Assembly (NCBI GenBank): GCA_963790305.1 | Contig: CAWBOC010000005.1 | Location: forward strand, 1-64,000 | DNA length: 64,000 nucleotides | Source: an uncultured Gemmatimonadaceae bacterium | Lineage (GTDB): Bacteria > Gemmatimonadota > Gemmatimonadetes > Gemmatimonadales > Gemmatimonadaceae | Direction: 5' to 3' | In this document: positions 56,540-64,000 of the stretch, in pieces | Numbering within the stretch: position 1 is the stretch's first letter | Layout: each line of letters begins with the position of its first letter | Made by a program: the position numbers and the translations under genes | The notes under the pieces: generated by a model | Databases searched by the model: none | What the model was told of the DNA's origin: nothing | Seen by the model: the letters and a program-made list of their open reading frames with translations, nothing else

Positions 56540-57529
56540 TTACGACCTCGACAGCTTTGACCAAACTGCCGGATCCTCCTGTCCAAGCCTCCAGAACGCG
56601 AACCGCGTCACCCCTAATTTCCCGGCGCCCTGCATCAACTCCTCGAGCAGGGTCGCGTCGGTGAGCCATATGGCAGAATTGCCATTCCCGCGGCTGCCGC
56701 GCACCGTCTTCGATACGGAGTCACGGGTCATCACCATGGAGTCGCGCTGAGCGTTGCGCATTCCCGTCGCGTAGGAAACGCCGACACCCGGCTTGCCTTT
56801 CACCCAGTGATACCCGTAGAGCGGCAACCCCGCGATGACTCGTGAGGCACCAACCTCGGTGACGACGCGCGACAGATTGCGCGACACCCAGTCGGGGGCG
56901 GAGATCGGTCCCGCTGGCGAGCCCGGCCAGTGCTGGTCGTAGAGCATCACCAGCACGAAGTCGGCAACGCCCGCCAGCTCGCGCGTCGGGTACGCCTCGT
57001 CAGGCTCGGCGGGGATGGCGACGGCGACCGTCGTCACGCCACGCGCTTTCGCCGAATCGGCGATCGCGCGCACCACCGCCAGCTGCGCGGGCACGTCGCG
57101 TCCCTCGAGCGTCTCGAAGTCCAGGACGAGCCCGGTGTAGCGCATGGACTGGGCATAGCGCGCAATGCGGCCGGCGACCTGACCGCGACGCGCGGGATCG
57201 GACCCCAACGCTCGAATCGATGTCGCATGAAAACCCTGTCCGTGCCACGAGGTCACCAGGCCAAACCGCCGCGGTGTCCCCGAGGCGAGGCGCATCGTGT
57301 CCGCGTACGCGGACGGTAGCAGCGGCTCTCCGGTCAAACTGTCGAGCGCGATCCATCCCGTGACCGCGGCGTCGAGTCGCGACGCGTTGGCGCGAAGGCT
57401 CGCGTCGCTCAGCGGATCCCACGGTCCGGTGAACGCCCAGAACGACTTACGCTCCTGAACGCTTCCGCCGAGCGCCGTGCAGGCGACGACCGTGACAAAG
57501 AAGACAACAACCAATGTGAAACGCCGCAT
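56540..57529 (-). CDS. Glycoside hydrolase family 18-like protein
   Basis: GLVLDFE, VMLYDQHW..PAGPISA, GLPLYGYHW, AFWRLGQED; signal peptide/lipobox. Confidence 0.85.
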   Translation of the reverse strand: MRRFTLVVVFFVTVVACTALGGSVQERKSFWAFTGPWDPLSDASLRANASRLDAAVTGWIALDSLTGEPLLPSAYADTMRLASGTPRRFGLVTSWHGQGFHATSIRALGSDPARRGQVAGRIARYAQSMRYTGLVLDFETLEGRDVPAQLAVVRAIADSAKARGVTTVAVAIPAEPDEAYPTRELAGVADFVLVMLYDQHWPGSPAGPISAPDWVSRNLSRVVTEVGASRVIAGLPLYGYHWVKGKPGVGVSYATGMRNAQRDSMVMTRDSVSKTVRGSRGNGNSAIWLTDATLLEELMQGAGKLGVTRFAFWRLGQEDPAVWSKLSRS

Positions 57530-57602
57530 GAGGGCACGCCAATTGAAAGAGTAGGAAGGCTCGGATTCAAGCTCAATCAACGTGCCAGGCTGCACGCGGG
57601 AT

Positions 57603-58328
57603 ATGTCCACCGACGATCCATTCTTCGACGGGGCCCTGCCCAGCGGCATCGAGCCACTCGATGCCCTGCTCGGAGCTCTCGTTCCCGGCCGCATTCATGT
57701 GATCTGCGGCACAACCGGCACCGCGAAAACGATCGCGGCGCTTCAGTTCGCGTACGCGGCAGTCGCGGAGCGATCGACGGCCCTCCTCCTCACCCAGGAT
57801 GACGCCGCCGACATCTCCGCTCTCGGACGCTATCTCGGCATGCGCCTCGGCGACGCGGTGCGCGCGGGACAACTGACCATTCTGCGCTGTCGCGGCGATT
57901 TCGCGCGCCGTTATCGCCAGGCGGCCGAGCCCGAGTCGGTGTTCGATGAGCTGCGCTCGCTGGTGGGGTGGAAGCTGCCCACGCGCATCGCCGTGGACTC
58001 CATGGCGGCGTTCATGGAGGTCTCGCCGACGTCGAGCGCTCCAGTCGGGGCGCTGGCACGGTGGCTCGAGTCGACGGGGGCGACCTCGCTCGTCACGTAC
58101 CCGGGAGACGTCGCCCGGACGGATGATCTGCGGGTGGACGCGCTCCTCCAACGCGCGGCGGCCGTCGTGCGCTTCAATGCGCATACGGAGCGGGGGCGGC
58201 GCATGGAGGCGCTCAAGACGCGCTTCTCCGGTGCCTCACGAGCGCCCGTCGAGTTCCGCATCGAAGGTGGACGCGGCATCGTGGGCGGCGGCGATGGACT
58301 GCGACTCGCGACTCGCGCCTCCGCATGA
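57603..58328 (+). CDS. KaiC/RAD55-like (RecA-superfamily) ATPase, single domain
   Basis: SGIEPLDALLG.L..G, P-loop GTTGTAKT, RIAVDS, RRMEALKTRF. Confidence 0.8.
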   Translation: MSTDDPFFDGALPSGIEPLDALLGALVPGRIHVICGTTGTAKTIAALQFAYAAVAERSTALLLTQDDAADISALGRYLGMRLGDAVRAGQLTILRCRGDFARRYRQAAEPESVFDELRSLVGWKLPTRIAVDSMAAFMEVSPTSSAPVGALARWLESTGATSLVTYPGDVARTDDLRVDALLQRAAAVVRFNAHTERGRRMEALKTRFSGASRAPVEFRIEGGRGIVGGGDGLRLATRASA

Positions 58329-58819
58329 TTCGCGACCGCTACGCCATGCTGTTCAGCCTCGGCATCGTCATCCTGACGACCGGTGCCGCGTACGCGTACA
58401 GTCACCTCGGCGCGACGCCGACGCGTGCGATGCTGGTGCTCCCGGCATCCAGTGGGGGGCCGCTCAAGGTCGGGGTCGATCGCGCGATCGCCCCGTCGCC
58501 CGAGGACTATCGCCGGTTCGCCGCGGACAATGCTGCGTGGCGGCGTAAGAACGCTCGCCTGCTGACCGCGGACGAGTATCGCGCGCGCGGCGACTGGCGC
58601 ACGCCCGAGCGTCAGGCGCTCGACGACCGCGTGTTCGCGCTGACCAAACGCGGTGAGAACGCGAAGGCGATCGCCGAGCTCGAGCGTTGGGTCGCGAGCC
58701 ATCCGCGCGACAGTGAAGCGCTCCTCGACCTCGCCCGCCTGACGAATCAGGTCGGCCGGAACGACGAATCCCTCCGGTGGTATCGCGAGGTGCTCGCGCT
58801 CAAGGAACGCGCCCGGTGA
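58325..58819 (+). CDS. Membrane-anchored tetratricopeptide-repeat protein
   Basis: N-terminal TM; AIAELERWVASHPRDSEALLDLARL..GR..ESLRWYREVL; ATGA overlap. Confidence 0.8.
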   Translation: MIRDRYAMLFSLGIVILTTGAAYAYSHLGATPTRAMLVLPASSGGPLKVGVDRAIAPSPEDYRRFAADNAAWRRKNARLLTADEYRARGDWRTPERQALDDRVFALTKRGENAKAIAELERWVASHPRDSEALLDLARLTNQVGRNDESLRWYREVLALKERAR

Positions 58820-60678
58820 AGCACTGCCTCGTGATCGGAGTGCTGCTGGCAACGCTGCCAGCCGCACTCCCCGCGCAACGTCAGGGGGACACGCGGCGCA
58901 TTCGCGCCGAGTATGCGGCCGTGCTCCTTCAATCGAAGAAGTACGATGAAGCCATCGCGGAATACCGCCGCCTCGTCAGCGCGGAGCCGAGCCGCTTCGA
59001 GTATCGCATGGGCCTGGCCCGCGCGCTCGCGTGGTCCAAACGGCATCGCGACGCCGAGAACGAGCTGTCGCGGCTGCGCGCCCTGAGGCCTGGCCACGCC
59101 GAGGTCGAGCAGCTCACGCGAACCGTCCGCGCCGCGCTCGATCCGTCCTCGGGCGAGGCACGGTCGTGGGTGGCGCATGACCCGGGGCATCTCCCGTATC
59201 GCATTCAGCTCGCGCGCGCCTATGCGCGCGAAGGGAGGTCTCGTCAGGCAGCCGACCAGTTCGACACGATCTTCCGCGGAGGCGCGCGCGACGATCTCGC
59301 GCAGGAGGCGGCCGCGGCGAATGCGGATGCGAAGCGCTTCGCGACGGCGTTGCCTCTGTATCGCCGCGCCATCTCCCGGGCGCCCTCGGACACCGCGCTC
59401 CGCCACGACTATGCGCGATCGCTCTGGTTGGCTGGCGAACGTCGCGCGTCGCTGGCGCAGTACGACACGCTGCTCCTGCGCTTCCCGTCCCCGGCGTGGC
59501 TCGTCGAGCGCGCGAAGCTCCGCGTCGCCATGCGTGACCACAATGGCGCCGAGCGCGATCTCGCGTCCGCGATCGCAATGTGTCCGACTGCCGAAGCGTA
59601 CTTCGTACGGGGGGAGCTGCGCCGGTGGAACGGCCAGCTCGGCGCGGCGCGCGCCGAGTATGAGCGCGCGCTGCAGCTCGCAGGGACCGACTCGGCCGGC
59701 AGGGAGATTCGCGATCTCATCGCGCTCATCGAGCGCGAGGCGCGCCCCTCGCTTGGCGCGGCCCCCGAAGGCGATGCGGTCGGCTGGGTAGGGCGTGCCG
59801 AGCTCGCCGCGGACAACACCGGCTTCTCGTACGTCAGCGGCGGCGGACGCTACGGCATGCCGCTGGGACGACTCGCGGCCGCCAGCATCGGCGTCGAGCA
59901 GCGACGCGTTGCCGCGAAATACGATCTCTATACGCGCGAGAGCTACGGCTTCGGAGCCGACCTGGGAGCGACGGTAGGCCTTCCGTTCGCGCGGCTCAGC
60001 GCCCGCGGAGGGATGCTTCGCCATGGCGGCACCACGGAGACGGGATACGGCAGTGTCGGGGTGATCGGATGGTGGCGCTCGTGGCGAGCCTCGGCGGAGG
60101 TGAAGCGCGAGCTGGCGTTCCCGCTTCTGATGACCGCTCGCGCGCTGGCGACCAGCGATGAGATCGAGCCGGGAGAGACCGTCGACGCATCGATCATGGC
60201 CACCCGCCAGATCTACGGGTTGGCAGGCGCCGTCGGCGTCGTCGATTTCGGGATCGTCGCCGACATCATGCGTCTCACCGACGGCAACTCGCGGCCCGCC
60301 TTCACGACGACAGTGCGGTACCCGCTCGGTGACGCAATGTCGGCGCTCTACGTCGCGAGCGACCTCCGCTTCGAGGAACGCAGCGCGTTTTACTGGGATC
60401 CGACGCACTACATGGCGCACTCGTTAGGGCTGGAGGCATCGGCGCGTCGGGATCGCGGGCTGTCATACGTGGGCCGGCTCCTCACGGGCTTTGCGCGCAG
60501 CTCGCAGCTGGATACGACGGTCACGACCAGCTACGCCTTCCATGGTTCTGCCGAAGGCGAGCTGACGTATCGCGCCTCCGGGTGGGACGCGGGCCTCACG
60601 TCGTGGTACGGCCGGGGACGGGACGGGGACTACCAGCGCTGGGGCGGGAGCTTCCGGATTCGGCTGAGCACGCCATGA
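58816..60678 (+). CDS. TPR protein with probable C-terminal outer-membrane beta-barrel (PgaA/BcsC-like architecture)
   Basis: Signal peptide LPAQ; multiple TPRs; C-terminal amphipathic strands with FYWDP; GTGA overlap. Confidence 0.75.
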   Translation: MKHCLVIGVLLATLPAALPAQRQGDTRRIRAEYAAVLLQSKKYDEAIAEYRRLVSAEPSRFEYRMGLARALAWSKRHRDAENELSRLRALRPGHAEVEQLTRTVRAALDPSSGEARSWVAHDPGHLPYRIQLARAYAREGRSRQAADQFDTIFRGGARDDLAQEAAAANADAKRFATALPLYRRAISRAPSDTALRHDYARSLWLAGERRASLAQYDTLLLRFPSPAWLVERAKLRVAMRDHNGAERDLASAIAMCPTAEAYFVRGELRRWNGQLGAARAEYERALQLAGTDSAGREIRDLIALIEREARPSLGAAPEGDAVGWVGRAELAADNTGFSYVSGGGRYGMPLGRLAAASIGVEQRRVAAKYDLYTRESYGFGADLGATVGLPFARLSARGGMLRHGGTTETGYGSVGVIGWWRSWRASAEVKRELAFPLLMTARALATSDEIEPGETVDASIMATRQIYGLAGAVGVVDFGIVADIMRLTDGNSRPAFTTTVRYPLGDAMSALYVASDLRFEERSAFYWDPTHYMAHSLGLEASARRDRGLSYVGRLLTGFARSSQLDTTVTTSYAFHGSAEGELTYRASGWDAGLTSWYGRGRDGDYQRWGGSFRIRLSTP

Positions 60679-61988
60679 TCACGCGCCGCCGGCTCGCGCA
60701 CGCCGCGCCGATCTCGATCGTGCTGCTCGTCATCGCGGCTGCGGTGTTCTGGCTGCATGCGCGCTTCGCGATCGAGGCCGAGAGCGTCGTCCTCAGGATC
60801 GGCGTGACATTCCTGCTCGCCTTCTTGATCCTCCTCGTCGCCAGGTACGTGGTGCTGCTCTGGCTGAGCTACCTGCATCACATCGGAATGCGGGATGCGG
60901 AATGCGGAACCGTCGTCGATGCTCCCGTGTCGATTCTCGTGCCTGCCTTCAATGAAGGACCCGTCATCGAGGCCGCGATCGGGAGTCTGCTCGAGCTGGA
61001 TTGGCCGTCGTTCGAGATCATCGTCATCAATGACGGCTCGACCAATGACACCTACGAGCGCGCCTGCACCCTCGAGGGGATGCACGGCGCCGCGACGGTT
61101 CGCGTCATCCGAAAGGCGAACGCCGGCAAGGCGAGCGCGCTCAACACGGGATTGGCGGCCGCGTCCTCACCATTCGTGCTGTGCATGGACGCGGACTCCC
61201 GATTGTCGCGTGACACACTGCGGCGAGCAATGCGTCACTTCCGGAATCCGCGCATCGGCGCCGTCGCGGGCAACGTGAAGGTCGTCAATCGCGGCACGCT
61301 GTGGACGCGGCTCCAGGCGCTCGAGTACATCCAGGGGCTGAACCTTCCGCGGCGCGCGCAGGGATTTCTGCGCGTCGTCAACATCATTCCCGGCCCGATC
61401 GGTGTCTTCCGGCGTGAAGTCCTCACGCGAGTCGGCGGATACGACACCGACACCTTCGCCGAGGACGCCGACGTCACCATCAAGATCCTCGGCGCCGGTT
61501 GGCAGATCGTCTACGAGGATGGCGCGATCGCGTGGACGGAAGCGCCGGAGACGGTGCACGAGCTGCTCAAGCAGCGCTATCGCTGGACGCGCGGAATCCT
61601 TCAGGCCCTCCGAAAGCGGGGCGACTGGCTGGCACGTCCGCGCGGCGACACGGCGGTGTGGCTTTCGCTCCAGGCGCTCCTGTTCGAGGCGATCGTATGG
61701 CCGGTGGTGAACGTCGTCGGCAATCTGTTGTTCGCGATCGCAGCGCTCTCGCTGGGCGCCGCCTCAATGGTGCTCCACTGGTGGCTTCTGTTGACGATGC
61801 TCGACCTCGCCGCGGCGCTGCACACCGTGGCGATGGAAGAGGAGGACATCACCCTCGTCCCGCTCGCTATTCCCTATCGCTTCTTCTTCATCACGTTGAT
61901 CGACGTGGCGAAGATGTTCGCGACGGTGGAGGAGTTCGCCCGCGTGCGGATGACGTGGGGGAAGCTGGAAAGAGTGGGAAGAATCTGA
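60675..61988 (+). CDS. Processive GT2 glycosyltransferase (PgaC/IcaA-like)
   Basis: VPAFNE, NDGSTND, GKASALN, MDADS, FAED, QRYRW (QxxRW), TWGKLERVG. Confidence 0.92.
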   Translation: MITRRRLAHAAPISIVLLVIAAAVFWLHARFAIEAESVVLRIGVTFLLAFLILLVARYVVLLWLSYLHHIGMRDAECGTVVDAPVSILVPAFNEGPVIEAAIGSLLELDWPSFEIIVINDGSTNDTYERACTLEGMHGAATVRVIRKANAGKASALNTGLAAASSPFVLCMDADSRLSRDTLRRAMRHFRNPRIGAVAGNVKVVNRGTLWTRLQALEYIQGLNLPRRAQGFLRVVNIIPGPIGVFRREVLTRVGGYDTDTFAEDADVTIKILGAGWQIVYEDGAIAWTEAPETVHELLKQRYRWTRGILQALRKRGDWLARPRGDTAVWLSLQALLFEAIVWPVVNVVGNLLFAIAALSLGAASMVLHWWLLLTMLDLAAALHTVAMEEEDITLVPLAIPYRFFFITLIDVAKMFATVEEFARVRMTWGKLERVGRI

Positions 61989-62071
61989 GCGCTAAGGGCG
62001 CTAGAGGCGCTAAGGGCGCTGAACTGCTCTCCCCTTAGCGCCCCTAGCGCCCCTAGCGCCCCTAGCGCCCT
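61988..62071. repeat. Palindromic element of GGCGCTAAG/CTAGCGCCC 9-nt units inside the operon
   Basis: AGCGCTAAGGGCGCTAGAGGCGCTAAGGGCGCT / CCTTAGCGCCCCTAGCGCCCCTAGCGCCCCTAGCGCCCT. Confidence 0.85.
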
Positions 62072-62079
62072 TGGAAACC

Positions 62080-62277
62080 ATGACCATCGAAAAACTCTTC
62101 TCCACCATCATCCTCGTCGCTTTTCTCGTCACGATCTTCCTCGCAATGGGGAGCTACGCCGCGTACAAGTGGCGCGAGTCGCGGCGGCCGAAGCTCGACA
62201 GCCAGGCGTCGAGCGACGAGCCGGTGTATTTCGAGCGAATTACGCTCGGCGTCGAGGATGATGACACCGCGCGGTAG
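62080..62277 (+). CDS. Small single-TM membrane protein
   Basis: MTIEKLFSTIILVAFLVTIFLAMGSYAAYKWRE; overlaps the start of the deacetylase gene. Confidence 0.7.
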   Translation: MTIEKLFSTIILVAFLVTIFLAMGSYAAYKWRESRRPKLDSQASSDEPVYFERITLGVEDDDTAR

Positions 62278-64000
62278 CGTTCGCTGGGTGGTCCTCGTCG
62301 GGCTTACCGTGGTCGGCGTCTCCGTCGCGCTCGCGGCACGGGGCGATCGCAAGCCCGCGGAGAGCGTCGGCCCGCGGCGGTTCGCGGGGTCGACCACCGT
62401 CATCCCAATGCCGTCGATCCTTCCTCCCGCGACGCTCTCATCGCCGGTGCGAGTGGCGCTCGTGCGCGATCCGGCCGCCGCATCGTACTTCACCAAAAGC
62501 GCGTCCTACGATTCGATCATCGATCGCTGGACGACGACGCTGCAAGCGACCGGCGCCGACGTGCGCGTGGTCGCGCCCGCCGAGATCGGGTCGAGTAGTG
62601 CCCGAGTACTCGTCATTCCTTCGGCGCATTGTCTGAGCGTCGCCACACGCGAGGCGATCGATCGCGCCGGCGCGCGCGGTCAAGGGTTGGTCATCACCGG
62701 CGCCATCGGCACCAAGGACGCGCGCTGCCGCCCCATTGGCTACGGGCTCCTCGTCGCGCTCACCGGCGCGTCGCGCGTCGAGACGATCGAGACGCGCGAC
62801 ATTGCCTACGTCACATTCCCGAACGGCAGCGCGCTCGCGATTGGAATTCCGCCTGGGACACGCCTCGAGCTCGATCCCGCGCCCTACGTGGCGCTGCGCC
62901 GCGCGGGGCGCGACGCGTTCTTTTCGTCGTTCGCGCTGCGACCCGAGCCGGCACGTGGCGTTCAGCTGGTCGATGGCGCCGTGGTTCGCTCGCGATACGC
63001 GAGAGCCCCGGTGGCATACTGGAGCTTCGAGCTGACCGGCGTGAATGATCTGCCCTGGGATCGAACGATCGCGCAGCTGCTGGTGCGCAACGCCGTCGCC
63101 TGGGCTGCGCGCATTCCGACGGCCGAGCTCGAGCCATGGCCGGAGGGAAAGCGCGCCGCGGCGGTGCTGGCACAAGACGTCGAGGACCAGTTCGCGAACG
63201 CCGAGTATGCACTCGATTCGCTGCGCGCGGCCGGCGTCCGAGGAACGTACTTTCTGACGTCGGAGCTGGCCCGGCGACACGAGCGCCTGACGAGAGCGAT
63301 CGCGGAAGAGGATGAGATCGGCACGCACAGCGAGAACCATCGCTTGCTCGGCGGCGAGCCCGCTGATGTCCAGCGCCGCCGCCTCGCTCTCACGCAGGTT
63401 CACCTGCGCGATCTGCTCGGCGCGCCGGTGGCCGGGCTGCGTCCTCCGGAGGAACAGTTCGACAAGGCGACGCTTGCCGCCTGGATCGAGGCGGGGGGCA
63501 CGTACGTGTTCGGCGCCAACAATTCGAGAGCGGCGGCGCCCGAGCTGCTCGAGGTGAACGGCGACACGATCGTTCTGCTTGGTCGCGCCAACGTCAATGA
63601 CTTCGACGCCGCCAGCCTCGCCTCACGGGGCAGCCTGGACGAAGTCGTGAAGGAGTATCTGGGTGAATACCAGAAGGTCCGCGCGCTCGGGGGACTCTAT
63701 CTGCTGAGCTATCACTCGCAGCTGCTCGCGCGTCCCGAGCTCGTCCCCGCGCTCGCGCGCATCGCCCGCCGCATCCACGCCGACACCGCGGTATGGCTCA
63801 CGACCGCGAGCGACGTCGTCGACTGGTGGCGCGCTCGCGCCGCGGTGACGACTCGCGCAACCCGCGTCGACGCACGTGGGCTCCGGGTCGACCTCCGCAA
63901 CACCGGTCGCGACACGGTGCGCGGTCTGGTCGCGCGCGTAACACTCGGCGACGGCGAGCGAGTGTCCGGCTCCGCACGTGCGCTAAAGTCGGAAGCGGGC
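62258..64000 (+). CDS. Polysaccharide deacetylase (CE4) family protein, truncated by the window end
   Basis: Read directly (no stop, so absent from the ORF track): MMTPRGSVRWVVLVG.. WPEGKRAAAVLAQDVED, GTYF, EIGTHSENH, GLRPPEE, LSYH. Confidence 0.85.
   Translation, partial: MMTPRGSVRWVVLVGLTVVGVSVALAARGDRKPAESVGPRRFAGSTTVIPMPSILPPATLSSPVRVALVRDPAAASYFTKSASYDSIIDRWTTTLQATGADVRVVAPAEIGSSSARVLVIPSAHCLSVATREAIDRAGARGQGLVITGAIGTKDARCRPIGYGLLVALTGASRVETIETRDIAYVTFPNGSALAIGIPPGTRLELDPAPYVALRRAGRDAFFSSFALRPEPARGVQLVDGAVVRSRYARAPVAYWSFELTGVNDLPWDRTIAQLLVRNAVAWAARIPTAELEPWPEGKRAAAVLAQDVEDQFANAEYALDSLRAAGVRGTYFLTSELARRHERLTRAIAEEDEIGTHSENHRLLGGEPADVQRRRLALTQVHLRDLLGAPVAGLRPPEEQFDKATLAAWIEAGGTYVFGANNSRAAAPELLEVNGDTIVLLGRANVNDFDAASLASRGSLDEVVKEYLGEYQKVRALGGLYLLSYHSQLLARPELVPALARIARRIHADTAVWLTTASDVVDWWRARAAVTTRATRVDARGLRVDLRNTGRDTVRGLVARVTLGDGERVSGSARALKSEAG

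Noticed and set aside
1..64000. tRNA/rRNA genes, riboswitches, transposases, prophage
   Set aside because: None recognised by eye. A covariance-model scan (Rfam/tRNAscan-SE) was not possible, so small ncRNAs cannot be excluded.

Overview
GC-rich bacterial chromosomal window (roughly two-thirds G+C by eye). The gene content (GxxExxY, Uma2, duplicated MacB-type permease, SusC/SusD, many lipobox proteins) suggests Gemmatimonadota, which is an inference. It holds about 45 protein genes and no rRNA, tRNA, CRISPR-cas, transposase or phage genes that I could recognise. Identifiable genes: LuxR/AAA regulator, SBP56 (methanethiol-oxidase family) beside a di-heme cytochrome c peroxidase, SusC/D, TonB receptor, PKD and Ig/RCC1 surface proteins, SdpR/SdpI-like pair, AlbA_2 ATP-binding protein, DUF4132 giant protein plus partner, a run of six lipoprotein genes (including lysyl-oxidase-like, S1 protease, PAP2/haloperoxidase and serine hydrolase), GMC oxidoreductase, and a KaiC-like-ATPase-led exopolysaccharide operon running off the right end. 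The non-gene signals are the most striking. (1) About 14 intergenic long hairpins are built mostly from 9-10-nt GAGG-type repeats, and two of them appear to bracket the GxxExxY nuclease-fold gene, as in a REPtron. (2) The motif CCTAAC(G) occurs at least 33 times, mostly inside genes. (3) A 38-39-bp hairpin tandem array lies upstream of an orphan AbrB-type gene. About nine apparent frameshifts, mostly single-base indels, are probably assembly errors.
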